A stretch of DNA of 64,000 bases from Promethearchaeota archaeon. Its GTDB lineage: Archaea; Asgardarchaeota; Heimdallarchaeia; Hodarchaeales; Hodarchaeaceae. Position 1 is the stretch's first letter; each line of letters starts with the position of its first letter. The notes beneath the pieces are model-generated. The model made no database searches. It was not told where the DNA came from and saw only the letters and a list, made by a program, of their open reading frames with translations. A program made the position numbers and the translations under genes. The stretch lies in the NCBI GenBank assembly GCA_048938105.1, contig JBHLMN010000019.1, forward strand, positions 1 through 64,000, written 5' to 3'. Positions 9,312-19,240 of this stretch are shown here, piece after piece.

Positions 9312-10184
9312 ATGTTAGATAAACAGACTGAAAAACTTGTATTACTTGCTCAAAAAAATGAAATCACAGAATATCACATTTATAATAAGCTAGCGAAGGC
9401 CACTAAAGACCCTCACAACCAAAAAATACTCAACCAAATTGCTGAGGATGAGTTAAAGCATTATACTTTTTGGAAAAAATATACTCAAAGGGAAGTAATA
9501 CCAAGTCGAAGAAGGTGGTTTTATTACATTATTGCGAGAATATTTGGTTTAACTTTTGGTATTCGACTTATGGAGCTTGGCGAAGGACAAGCTCAAGCTT
9601 TTTATTCAATTATTACCAAAATTATTCCTGAAGCACAGTTTGTCATCGAAGATGAAGAAGCTCATGAAAAGGAGCTCATAAATCTCATCGATGAAGAATT
9701 ATTAGATTATGTTGGATCTATTGTCCTGGGTTTAAACGATGCATTAGTCGAATTAACTGGTGCGTTAGCTGGATTGACCTTAGCCTTTCAGAACACTCAA
9801 TTAATAGCTCTAGCAGGTTTAATTACAGGAATTGCTGCCTCTTTTTCTATGGCAGCCTCAGAATATTTAGCAACAAAAGAAGAAGGAACTTCGAAAACTC
9901 CTACTAAAGCGGCAATATACACTGGGGCTGCTTACATCTTCACTGTCATCCTTCTGATTCTACCTTATTTAGTCTTCAGTAATCTTAATCCTCTTGTTTG
10001 TCTAGCGATTACCCTTATCAATGCAATTCTCATAGTTTTTGTATTTACCTTCTACATTTCCGTTGCAAAGGATCTTTCATTCAAGAAAAGGTTTTCTGAA
10101 ATCGTCGGAATCAGTTTAGGAGTAGCTGGCTTAACTTTCATAATTGGATTAGTTGTACGATCAGTCTTGAATATTGACATATGA
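9312..10184 (+). CDS. Rubrerythrin/ferritin-like domain fused to VIT1/CCC1 iron transporter (MbfA-like)
   Basis: DELKH and DEEAH ExxH motifs; SIVLGLNDALVE and SFSMAASEYL VIT1 motifs; C-terminal TM helices. Confidence 0.9.
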   Translation: MLDKQTEKLVLLAQKNEITEYHIYNKLAKATKDPHNQKILNQIAEDELKHYTFWKKYTQREVIPSRRRWFYYIIARIFGLTFGIRLMELGEGQAQAFYSIITKIIPEAQFVIEDEEAHEKELINLIDEELLDYVGSIVLGLNDALVELTGALAGLTLAFQNTQLIALAGLITGIAASFSMAASEYLATKEEGTSKTPTKAAIYTGAAYIFTVILLILPYLVFSNLNPLVCLAITLINAILIVFVFTFYISVAKDLSFKKRFSEIVGISLGVAGLTFIIGLVVRSVLNIDI

Positions 10185-10293
10185 TTCTATCACTTTAGAC
10201 TATTTTTCGAGTATTTGAGTAAGGTCTGGAAAGAAAACATTCTTAACATTAGCAAAACTGTGACAACATTAAACAATTGCTGAGGTTATCATC

Positions 10294-11796
10294 ATGAAGA
10301 TATCGAAATATTTTTGTTGGTATATTATTGGTTTCATTCTCTTTTTAATTATTACACCAGTAATAGGAATCAGGGGTAACACTAATACTGTCAATGATTA
10401 TTATTTCTCTGTTCCAGAGGAAATAGTGGAAGTGAGTATCAATGTAGATGGATCTGCTGATATTGAGTACTGGATTACATTTGTAGTAGAAGAAGGAGGC
10501 GATCCAATTGATATTGTGGATATTGGTTTTCCCAACAAGCATTACAAACTGGGAAGTATAGTAGCAGATGTAGATGGGACGCCAGTGACAGATATTCAGG
10601 TTTCAGAGGTGATAGATATTGGTATTGAGATTCATTTGCATGGTTCCACGATTACAGATACTGGAGTATTACATGTTAAGGGAAATCAACCGTACATGAT
10701 ATTTGAAGATACAGAAGAAGAAGATATGGCTTCTGTAGAATTTGGAAATACATGGTGGAGTTCTGATTATACTACTGGTACTACAAACCTGACAACTCGA
10801 ATTATATTTCCCACAACTGTAGATGAAACAATATATACCAAGTATCATTATTCCAATAAGCCTGATCGGGAATATTTTTTACTTAATGGACGTAAAGTTT
10901 TCGAGTGGAATGAGGAATCCGCTCTTCCCTCAAGACAATATAAATTTGGAGTTTCCTTTCCTAAAGAAGGCGTAAAATGGCACACGAGTATTCCTCCCAC
11001 CACTGAGGAACTTCTAATTATTGTGGGAATCGTTAGTATAATATTAATTGCCATTGTGGTTGCTGTTGTAAGTTTTGTAAGGAAACGTCGCCGCTTGATG
11101 GATTATGTTCCTCCTTTTGTTTCAGTTCCAACTGCTGGGCCTAGAACGGATCTCCGTAGAGAGGAAGTAGCTATTGTTTTGGAAAAACCCGTCCATGTCA
11201 CAATTTCCATGATTATTCTTACATTAATTCAAAAGGGCTTATTAAAACAGTTTTCGTCAGAAAGTCCTCTCTTCGAGCCCGTCAAAGGTGCCTCAAAAAA
11301 ACATCTTCGAAAATACGAGCGAATAGTTCTGAAATCCATTCGTACAGACCTCAGCATCGATGAGGACAATCTAGTGAAAGCAGTATCCAGCTTAGTTAAA
11401 TCCACTCAGCGTAGGATTCGAGGATATTCGTATGAAAGAACTGTGGATTATTATGAAAGATTAATTAGGGATTCTATAGATGAAATCAAATCAAAATCCG
11501 ATCCACGAGATGTTTCAACAGAAGCTTGGTTTTGGGCCATTCTGGATGAGGAATTCTTGCCTGATTTAGAAGTGCAAATAACAGAACGTGCGGAGTATTA
11601 TGATTATTACCCCTGGTATTATCATTATGGTTACCATCGATGGCATTGGATCCCTCGTGGCGGATCATTCACCCGTCGTGTGACAAAAATCAGTCATCCT
11701 ATCCCGCAAGGAAGTGGTAGAGGTTCGAGAGGAGGCGGAGGCTGTGCTTGTGCCTGTACTGGCTGCGCTTGTGCCTGTGCTGGAGGTGGACGTTAA
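10294..11796 (+). CDS. DUF2207-like membrane protein with C-terminal six-cysteine tail (GGGGCACACTGCACACAGGGR)
   Basis: N-terminal signal/TM, acidic beta-rich ectodomain (VSINVDGSADIEYWITF), TM followed by RKRRR, cytoplasmic domain, Tyr/Trp/His-rich patch, Gly linker, Cys tail. Confidence 0.8.
   Translation: MKISKYFCWYIIGFILFLIITPVIGIRGNTNTVNDYYFSVPEEIVEVSINVDGSADIEYWITFVVEEGGDPIDIVDIGFPNKHYKLGSIVADVDGTPVTDIQVSEVIDIGIEIHLHGSTITDTGVLHVKGNQPYMIFEDTEEEDMASVEFGNTWWSSDYTTGTTNLTTRIIFPTTVDETIYTKYHYSNKPDREYFLLNGRKVFEWNEESALPSRQYKFGVSFPKEGVKWHTSIPPTTEELLIIVGIVSIILIAIVVAVVSFVRKRRRLMDYVPPFVSVPTAGPRTDLRREEVAIVLEKPVHVTISMIILTLIQKGLLKQFSSESPLFEPVKGASKKHLRKYERIVLKSIRTDLSIDEDNLVKAVSSLVKSTQRRIRGYSYERTVDYYERLIRDSIDEIKSKSDPRDVSTEAWFWAILDEEFLPDLEVQITERAEYYDYYPWYYHYGYHRWHWIPRGGSFTRRVTKISHPIPQGSGRGSRGGGGCACACTGCACACAGGGR
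11740..11781 (+). repeat. 21-nt tandem duplication encoding GCACAC(T/A)
   Basis: GGCTGTGCTTGTGCCTGTACT followed by GGCTGCGCTTGTGCCTGTGCT. Confidence 0.85.
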
Positions 11797-13122
11797 ATGA
11801 AACGTCTAGACAAAGCTAAACTCGTACATTTAAGAGAAGGGGAGGATGGAGATATTCGATTACATCTACGTCGTCAAGGAGATGGTGCACTCCTAATTAT
11901 CAACGCTTCAAGAATATTAAACCTTAACTCTACAGCAACATTCTTTGTGGAAAGGATTTTGAAGGGTAAGACAGACTCAGAGATTATTAAGGAGCTTAAA
12001 GGTCTTTATCGTGTCAGTGATCAACAAGCGAATCAAGATCTTCAATCACTGAAAGAGATGATTCATACATTATCTACAACAGATGACATATGTCCAATTC
12101 ATTCCCTGCAGATGGAAGAATCAAATTTAACGGAACTACAATTAACAGCTCCTTTACGAATGGATTTAGCTATCACTTACCATTGTAATAATAACTGTGA
12201 ACACTGCTATAATCAACCAGAATCTCAAAATGCAACTGAATTAGATACAAACACCTGGAAGGCCATTCTAGAACGACTTTGGGAGATTTCTATTCCTCAT
12301 GTGACCTTCACGGGAGGTGAACCCACGTTACGCTCCGATTTATCTGATTTAATCGACTATGCAGAGAATATTGGAATAGTTACTGGGCTCATCACTAATG
12401 GTCGAAATTTAAAAGATGCTAACTATGTAAACAGTCTAGTAAATAACGGATTAGATCATATTCAGATTACATTCGAAAGTGTAGATGAAAGGATTCACAA
12501 CCAAATGGTGGGGAATGACAAAGCGTGGAAAGAAACGGTTGAAGGAATAAAAAATGCCATAGATACTCCCATATACACCCTAACGAACACCACACTGACT
12601 CGCTTGAATACCCCCAAGATTGAAGAAACCATAGAGTTCCTTAATAGCCTTGATGTAGAACAATTTGCCTGTAACTCAATTATATATGCAGGAAAAGGGA
12701 AAAATGTTTCCAAGATAGCCTTTACAGAGAATGAATTGATTCCCATTCTCGAGTCAATTCAGGATGTAGCAGATGAATGTGGTATGCAGTTTATTTGGTA
12801 CACACCCACTCGCTACTGCGAACTTGATCCGAACAACCTAGGGCTAGGAGTAAAGAGATGCTCTGCATCCCAATTAGCAATGGCCATTGAACCAAATGGA
12901 ACCGTTATCCCATGCCAAAGTTATTATGAAGGATTGGGGAATATTCTGCATGATAGTTGGGACAGTATCTGGAACCATCCTCTATCACAGGAGCTACGGA
13001 CTCATGCAAACGTCCCTGATGAGTGTCAAAAATGTAATCAACTTGATCTCTGTGGTGGTGGTTGCCCTCTGAGCTTCTATCGTGAGGAATATATATGTCC
13101 CGAGAGTCAGGCCAACGATTAA
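11797..13122 (+). CDS. Radical SAM/SPASM protein with N-terminal PqqD/RRE-like domain
   Basis: LNSTATFFVERILKGKTDSEIIKELKGLYRVSDQQANQDL (PqqD-like); CNNNCEHC; FTGGEP; SPASM CSAS...IEPNGTVIPC...CQKCNQLDLCGGGC. ATG directly follows the upstream TAA. Confidence 0.9.
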   Translation: MKRLDKAKLVHLREGEDGDIRLHLRRQGDGALLIINASRILNLNSTATFFVERILKGKTDSEIIKELKGLYRVSDQQANQDLQSLKEMIHTLSTTDDICPIHSLQMEESNLTELQLTAPLRMDLAITYHCNNNCEHCYNQPESQNATELDTNTWKAILERLWEISIPHVTFTGGEPTLRSDLSDLIDYAENIGIVTGLITNGRNLKDANYVNSLVNNGLDHIQITFESVDERIHNQMVGNDKAWKETVEGIKNAIDTPIYTLTNTTLTRLNTPKIEETIEFLNSLDVEQFACNSIIYAGKGKNVSKIAFTENELIPILESIQDVADECGMQFIWYTPTRYCELDPNNLGLGVKRCSASQLAMAIEPNGTVIPCQSYYEGLGNILHDSWDSIWNHPLSQELRTHANVPDECQKCNQLDLCGGGCPLSFYREEYICPESQAND

Positions 13123-13886
13123 ACCTGAAGGATCAAATTTATTCTGAAGAAGATGCTCAATATTTCAACGAACTGTATGAGGATCAACTGGAATGGACCA
13201 TAACAACGAGAAAGCGGTTATATCGAAAAATGAATTTGTTTCACGCACAACAGGTTCTTGAAGTGGGTTCAGGAACGGGTGCAATACTAAGAGAAATACA
13301 GATACTAAACACAAAAGCCAATCTTGTGGGACTCGATTGGAATTTGATTGCATTAGATTATTCAAAGAGAGAGTCAATTAATCCAAGCATTGTTTGTGGA
13401 AGAGGGGAATTTTTACCTTTTTCATCAAACAGTTTTGATATTACTCTGTGTCATTATTTCATAATGTGGCTAAAAGAGCCCTTTACAGTATTAAAAGAAA
13501 TGAAACGAGTTACACGTATTGGAGGTTGGATAGCCTGTTTAGCTGAACCCGATTATGGAGGACGTTTGGATTATCCAGCCAGTGAGCTCTGGAAAGAGCT
13601 CCTTATCGAGTCATTGTCTGCTCCTGATCCCCTCATTGGACGAAAATTACGAGCACTCTTCTCTAAAGTTGAACTTGAAGCAGAAATAGGTCTTCAGACA
13701 GCTGTCCTATCCTCAGATGTTGTGATGGACTTATATAAAGCTGAAATTAAGAATTTAACACGATTCCTTTCAGAGAAAAACGATGATAATCTAAAAAAAC
13801 TAAAGAACATACTTGAAACACACCCCCCAACTGAGTTGTTTTCATTTATGCCAGTATTTTTTGCTATAGCTAGAAAAAATAGGTAA
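13095..13886 (+). CDS. Class I SAM-dependent methyltransferase (UbiE/Methyltransf_11-like); exact start uncertain
   Basis: VLEVGSGTG, GLD, LPFSSNSFD, LKEMKRVTRIGG; overlaps the 3' end of the radical SAM gene. Confidence 0.85.
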   Translation: MSRESGQRLNLKDQIYSEEDAQYFNELYEDQLEWTITTRKRLYRKMNLFHAQQVLEVGSGTGAILREIQILNTKANLVGLDWNLIALDYSKRESINPSIVCGRGEFLPFSSNSFDITLCHYFIMWLKEPFTVLKEMKRVTRIGGWIACLAEPDYGGRLDYPASELWKELLIESLSAPDPLIGRKLRALFSKVELEAEIGLQTAVLSSDVVMDLYKAEIKNLTRFLSEKNDDNLKKLKNILETHPPTELFSFMPVFFAIARKNR

Positions 13887-13892
13887 AGTGCT

Positions 13893-14135
13893 TTATTCCT
13901 TCTCTTCACGGCCCAGTAATCTTAAATCTAGCAATTGATTAACAACACATCTTCGAACGAATTCAGAATAATTATCAGCTATTCCTAACTCAATAGCTTT
14001 TTTAATAGAATCATAAAGTGGATCTGAAACCCTTAATAAAATTGTTTTAGCCTTCTCTTTTCTTTTAATATGAGCTTCCCCCTTTTGATTAGATTTATCT
14101 GACTTTTGAGGTCTTGACATATCAATACCATTCAT
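13893..14135 (-). CDS. Ribbon-helix-helix (CopG/MetJ-like) DNA-binding protein
   Basis: KTILLRVSDPLYDSIKKAIELGIADNYSEFVRRCV strand-helix-helix pattern. Confidence 0.7.
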   Translation of the reverse strand: MNGIDMSRPQKSDKSNQKGEAHIKRKEKAKTILLRVSDPLYDSIKKAIELGIADNYSEFVRRCVVNQLLDLRLLGREEKE

Positions 14136-14242
14136 TTCTGTTTTAATTCCTCTATGAGATTTTTCATTATAAGTAAATTCAGATATATTTATATACCTTT
14201 CGTTATCAATTGATAATCAAAGATATTCTGATTGGAATCCAA

Positions 14243-14443
14243 ATGGATAATTCAAACTTAATTGATGTTGGAAAAATTACCGCTATTATGACTGGTTCTA
14301 CGATTTTAGGGATTTTTCTTGGTTCCCGTACCGGTGGTACCTATATCTTCGAAGTTGGGAGCAATTTAATGCTAGTATTAGTGGTTTTCATGGTACTTGC
14401 CTCTAGTCTGGCGATTGCCAGTATGTGGATGTCTAAACAATGA
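14243..14443 (+). CDS. Small two-TM membrane protein
   Basis: Two hydrophobic segments; overlaps the next gene (ATGA). Start set at ATG 14243. Confidence 0.55.
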   Translation: MDNSNLIDVGKITAIMTGSTILGIFLGSRTGGTYIFEVGSNLMLVLVVFMVLASSLAIASMWMSKQ

Positions 14444-14958
14444 CCAATCGCTCAAAGAAACCCCTAATCGTCCCTATCTCTATGACTCTCATTGTCTCTT
14501 CTATAGCTCTGCTTACTTTTTTCTCTGCTCATCAGGTTCAAGTTGAGCTGCCTCCTCATCCCGAAATCCGCCCCAATCTCTCCCAAAATGGTTCTAATTT
14601 CAATGGTTTTATTGATATTACCATCCCATTTAACATTAGTAATCGTTCACCAGCTTTTCTTAAGAATGGTAAGATCTTTGCCTCAATGTCAGTTGTCAGT
14701 ATCGAAAATTTCGGTTTATTCCCTGATACGACAATAATTAATGTCTCCCAAGAAATTCCAGTAATCAATCCCAACGATTTTAAACAAATTGTACTTCAAG
14801 TTAAAGTTTCTTCTTGGATTCCAGTGTTAGCGATAGTAGATGCCTATCTAGTTTTGGATATCGATATCAGTTTGGAGTACACACTTGGTTTTTTGTTATT
14901 CCCTATTCATTTAGTTGGACGTTTACAAGATAAGTGGGATGCTCCATTCTCGATTTAA
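14440..14958 (+). CDS. Membrane-anchored beta-rich hypothetical protein (possibly LEA2-like)
   Basis: N-terminal TM then alternating beta pattern (IDITIPFNISN). Confidence 0.6.
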   Translation: MTNRSKKPLIVPISMTLIVSSIALLTFFSAHQVQVELPPHPEIRPNLSQNGSNFNGFIDITIPFNISNRSPAFLKNGKIFASMSVVSIENFGLFPDTTIINVSQEIPVINPNDFKQIVLQVKVSSWIPVLAIVDAYLVLDIDISLEYTLGFLLFPIHLVGRLQDKWDAPFSI

Positions 14959-14969
14959 TGACCTAGCTT

Positions 14970-16160
14970 TTAATTAATGGTTAATATTTCAAATGGTTTA
15001 GATCCTTCTTTTATATTCATTAATCGGTTCTTAGTCACGCTGATAGCATATTTTGAAGAATCTCCTCCCATCCATCGTCTATTTAATTTTTCTGCTACTG
15101 ACAAAGTGGTACCCGATCCACAGAAAAAGTCAGCTACAAGATCCCCTTCATTGGAAGTCATTCGAATGATTCTTTCCAGTAAAGCTTCAGGTTTTTGTGT
15201 TGGGTACCCAATTCTTTCCTTCTCATTTGAGGTAAGAGCTTGGATATCAGTCCAGAGGTTCCCAATTTTTCTTCCTAGATATTCATCTGCATAACGTTTA
15301 TATCTTGGCCTTCCTTTTCCCGTCCAATAAATAAGGTGAGGGTTTTTTGCTAATCTTTTATCAAAAGTTTCTTGGGTCCAACGCCACCCTATTTTGGTTG
15401 TAACTTCTCTACCATTAATTATTCTTTTCTCTCCAATACTATAAGCATTCGAGCTCTGTTCAAGTTTTTCGTGTGTAAATTTTCGTCCTGTTTCCTTCTC
15501 TATATAGGGGAATTTTTCTTTTATTTCTTTCTCTGTCAATGCTTGGTACTGTTGGTGATATACATAATCAGCTGTTTTACTGTACCAAAGGATAACATCC
15601 GTCATTACATCCAATGTCGAAGATAAATGGTGTCCTGGTGTTCGCTGCCAAATGATATCAGCTCTGAAGTTTTCATAACTAAAAATTTCATCTAGTATTA
15701 CTTTGATATAATGTACTGTATGCCAGTCTAGATGAACAAAGATTGAACCTTTGTCAGCTAAAAGTTCTGCCATCAATACTAATCTTTGGTACATGAAATT
15801 CAAATAAGCTTCTAGACCCCTTACTCCCCAAATATCCTTGAATCCATTTTCCATATTATTTAAAGAATGCCTTGTTGGATTTTTTTGAGTTTTTCCACTC
15901 TTGCTACTAGGTTTGAATGTTGTTCCTGATGCAAAAGGTGGATCGATGTAGATAACATTGATTTTTCCTGCAAATTCTCTTAGAAGAGAAGCAATAACGA
16001 GTTTGTTTTCCCCTAATATGAGTTTATTACTCCAGCTTTCTGATGATTTAATAGTATTTATAGATTCAACAACTTCAAGTGAGTGAGGTTTTTCAATACC
16101 TACCCCTTTTGCTTCAGATTTACCCCGCCAAATGAGTTGACATTTCTTAATTACTGTCAT
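14970..16160 (-). CDS. Beta-class site-specific DNA adenine methyltransferase (Type III Mod-like), no adjacent Res gene
   Basis: IYIDPPF precedes YPTQKPEALLERII and ADFFCGSGTT. Confidence 0.9.
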   Translation of the reverse strand: MTVIKKCQLIWRGKSEAKGVGIEKPHSLEVVESINTIKSSESWSNKLILGENKLVIASLLREFAGKINVIYIDPPFASGTTFKPSSKSGKTQKNPTRHSLNNMENGFKDIWGVRGLEAYLNFMYQRLVLMAELLADKGSIFVHLDWHTVHYIKVILDEIFSYENFRADIIWQRTPGHHLSSTLDVMTDVILWYSKTADYVYHQQYQALTEKEIKEKFPYIEKETGRKFTHEKLEQSSNAYSIGEKRIINGREVTTKIGWRWTQETFDKRLAKNPHLIYWTGKGRPRYKRYADEYLGRKIGNLWTDIQALTSNEKERIGYPTQKPEALLERIIRMTSNEGDLVADFFCGSGTTLSVAEKLNRRWMGGDSSKYAISVTKNRLMNIKEGSKPFEILTIN

Positions 16161-16435
16161 AATCGTGGTATCTCCTCTAGATAATTCAGCGTTGTCTAAT
16201 TGATATGTAATATCATTTTGTTTTCTCTTGTTTATATCTCATAAACGAATTATATTTACCTTTAATTTATAATTATAACATTATTTACGAAATTAACATA
16301 AATAAAGAACCAAGAGTTTTATTGTGCTTTTTCATTTTATTATATGTTAAGGTAAACCAGTCATATGTGATATTCCCTGTTCTATGCTCGTAGATTAAAC
16401 AGAATTTTCAGAAGATTCTAATGACGAACTATTTG

Positions 16436-17323
16436 TTAGAACATTTGAATGGGAGAATGGTTCCTCAATAGGATGGTTCTACGTAAAAGAATTATACTTA
16501 GTAATATACAAACAAGACCCAGAACTTTTTCAAAATAGATTTGTTCAGTAAATATGAAATAAGCACCAATAACGGGAATCAAGACTGAGATAGAATTTGT
16601 AATCGGACTAACAATCGAGAGTCTCCCATTTTGAAAAGCAAACTGCTGAGAAACAATGGCGACAATGTAGGTTAGGGAAAATATGACTACCATGAATAAT
16701 AATAGACCAAAATTGGTATTGAGTGAGAATAAAATGAGGATGACTTTAGTAAAAATCGCTCCCAGGCCATAAAAAATTCCTGCTGATATCGAATAGAAAA
16801 ATTCTTGATTCTGAACTCGTTCGGTTATAATAAAGATACCCAGGAAAATGATCCCAACTATCGTAAAAGGTAAAAGACAAATTAAAGGAAATAATTCAAT
16901 AATACCTGTTGATTCCCTTGTTATAATCCCCAGGAAGATCATTCCCATTATAATCCCAACTATTCCCATCCATTCAGTCAATTTTAACCGTTCTTTGAAG
17001 ATAATATAAGCAAGAATGAATGTAAACGCAAGATTTGTGTTAACTAATGGTTTGACTATAGAAAGTTCAAAGTGTTGTAGTGTAACTAGATACACACAAA
17101 ATCCAAGAATTCCAACAACGGCTCCAGTAAGCCATACAGGAGTCGACAATAATTTAAGAAACGTTTGAAGAAAGGTTTTCAATGAATGTTCAACTCGTAA
17201 ACCACCAATTTTGATTATTCCCTTTTTTGATAAAACAGCAGAAACTCCTCCCAATATTCCATAAAAAGTCATTAATGTGACAATTGCAATAAAAGATCCA
17301 ATTTCAAATTGCATTATACCCAT
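16436..17323 (-). CDS. EamA/DMT-family transporter
   Basis: About 9-10 TM helices; LSIVKPL...IFKERL and LSIVSPI...FTE repeat motifs. Confidence 0.8.
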   Translation of the reverse strand: MGIMQFEIGSFIAIVTLMTFYGILGGVSAVLSKKGIIKIGGLRVEHSLKTFLQTFLKLLSTPVWLTGAVVGILGFCVYLVTLQHFELSIVKPLVNTNLAFTFILAYIIFKERLKLTEWMGIVGIIMGMIFLGIITRESTGIIELFPLICLLPFTIVGIIFLGIFIITERVQNQEFFYSISAGIFYGLGAIFTKVILILFSLNTNFGLLLFMVVIFSLTYIVAIVSQQFAFQNGRLSIVSPITNSISVLIPVIGAYFIFTEQIYFEKVLGLVCILLSIILLRRTILLRNHSPIQMF

Positions 17324-17350
17324 GAAAAATAAACTCCATTACATAGAAGC

Positions 17351-18397
17351 TTAAAATATGATTAAGGGAAGTAATCTCATAATAATGATTAACCATTCAA
17401 TAAGAAGGAAGATGATCACAAGATTATGCAATTTACCAATGAAGATTCCAGGTTTAGAAATTTGCCATAAAGAAGAGGAACTAAGCCAAATATAAAGAAA
17501 TGCCACGAAAGTCAATGGAATGAAAAGAAGGAGATGCCAAGTTATTTGATAAGACAGAAAAGCTAAGAAAATAAATGTGGATGCCATTATTGTTAATAAG
17601 CTATCGAAAATGAGGATTCCTCTCTGAGAAAGATGACTTTCTAACCCTCGATATCCAAATTGATCCGCGATTTCTTTATCTTGGATCTTATAACCCAAAT
17701 AACCGATAGCTAGAATACAAACAATACCTGTCAGAAAAAGATAAGGTGCATCTACAAGAGGAAGGATTAAAGTCCATCCTATAAGGATGCGGAAAAAATG
17801 GTTCATAGGGCCAGAGAAAAAAAGATTTCCTATTGTCTCTTTTAAGCGAAAGGGAGGGAAACAGTACAGAATCTGGAACATTACCATAATAAGCGCTAAA
17901 ACCAAGCCAACTGGTGAAATTATCGCTATCAGTCCTAAACCTAGGAGTACATGGATTGTTGCAATGAATAATGCCATTCTTTTGGAAACGCGTTGAGCAG
18001 CTATTGGTCGAAGCATCTTGGTAGGGTGAATTCGATCAAATTCTGCGTCAAATACCGAATTAAAGGTGTACAGTCCTCCCCACAATAATGGGCCTACAGC
18101 AATACCCGTCCAGAAATAGCTTAAAACAATGGATGGTACTTGCCACATATTAGTTAAAAGGAGACCAAAACCAATTGAAACAAAATTCGAGATCCAGCCA
18201 TAAGGTCTTATTAAGTAGATATAATCCCCAAAATTAATTTTCGGAAGCTCAAAAGCATGTAATGCTTCCAATGATTCAACCTGTGAGATATAAAAAATTA
18301 TTAGGGTCAAAAATAACTGCTCTTTAATGCTTAAAAGGTATTGAATTCCGCTTTGAAAAAGTACTTTTGCTGAGTGTTGTTCCGTGGAATTTCTCAC
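17351..18397 (-). CDS. UbiA-family prenyltransferase (second paralogue); start uncertain
   Basis: LIRP, FNSVFDAEFDRIHPTKMLRPIA, YCFPPFRLK, IQDKEIAD. Confidence 0.85.
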   Translation of the reverse strand: MRNSTEQHSAKVLFQSGIQYLLSIKEQLFLTLIIFYISQVESLEALHAFELPKINFGDYIYLIRPYGWISNFVSIGFGLLLTNMWQVPSIVLSYFWTGIAVGPLLWGGLYTFNSVFDAEFDRIHPTKMLRPIAAQRVSKRMALFIATIHVLLGLGLIAIISPVGLVLALIMVMFQILYCFPPFRLKETIGNLFFSGPMNHFFRILIGWTLILPLVDAPYLFLTGIVCILAIGYLGYKIQDKEIADQFGYRGLESHLSQRGILIFDSLLTIMASTFIFLAFLSYQITWHLLLFIPLTFVAFLYIWLSSSSLWQISKPGIFIGKLHNLVIIFLLIEWLIIIMRLLPLIIF

Positions 18398-18425
18398 TAT
18401 ATTTCACCAGATTACTTTTATCGTT

Positions 18426-19220
18426 TCAAATCTCTTCTCCTTGGATTTCAACAACGTTGGTATGATGTAACTCAGAATTCGATTTGTTAGTAAAATTCGT
18501 TATGTTTAAACGAATAAAACGTGCTGGAATACCTGCATAAATCGAATTTGGTTTGATTCTCTGATTTTTTTTCACAAATGAACTTACCCCCACAGTCGAA
18601 TTATCTCCAATCACAGCTCCTGGCCCGATAATAGCGTATCCTCCGATGGTAACATTTTTGCCAATCTTTACTGGATTAAGAGTAAGAACACGATTTTCAT
18701 TGATGTGAGCAGAAATTATTGCCCGCATCCCAACAAAACTATTGTCCCCAATTTCTACTAAATGAGAATCCAATACTGCGCCTGATGAGAGGTAAACATT
18801 TTTTCCGCATTTTAATCCGTAAAGTCGTAAAGCTTGGCCTAAGAACATTGAATAGAGATGAGGAATAAAACTGAAGGCTTTCAACATACTTTTATATATG
18901 GCTGGAGAGACAATGGCTACTGCATAGAGCTTAGCTTCATCGGTGTCGTGATGGTACTTTCCTGGTTTGATTTTTGGCAGAAAAACTCGACAAATGACTT
19001 GGGAGTGTATGGCTCCAAATGTTAGGCATGAAACTGAATACATAAGGGGTATTACTATCGAGGAAAGTAACCACAGGACAAGTAACCACAAACCATCACT
19101 AACTGCTGTTGATTTGACCAAAAAGTACCCATATAATACCTCAGGTACAAAGACCGCCAAGAGAAGCATAGCAGTAAAGATGAAATATCCTATCAGCCTT
19201 AATCTTGTGGAAAATTTCAT
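18426..19220 (-). CDS. Membrane-anchored hexapeptide-repeat (LbH) acyltransferase
   Basis: Two N-terminal TM helices; VEIGDNSFVG, VKIGKNVTIG, VIGDNSTVG repeats; YAGIPARF. Confidence 0.85.
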   Translation of the reverse strand: MKFSTRLRLIGYFIFTAMLLLAVFVPEVLYGYFLVKSTAVSDGLWLLVLWLLSSIVIPLMYSVSCLTFGAIHSQVICRVFLPKIKPGKYHHDTDEAKLYAVAIVSPAIYKSMLKAFSFIPHLYSMFLGQALRLYGLKCGKNVYLSSGAVLDSHLVEIGDNSFVGMRAIISAHINENRVLTLNPVKIGKNVTIGGYAIIGPGAVIGDNSTVGVSSFVKKNQRIKPNSIYAGIPARFIRLNITNFTNKSNSELHHTNVVEIQGEEI

Positions 19221-19240
19221 TCAGGAATACCTACTCTTGT

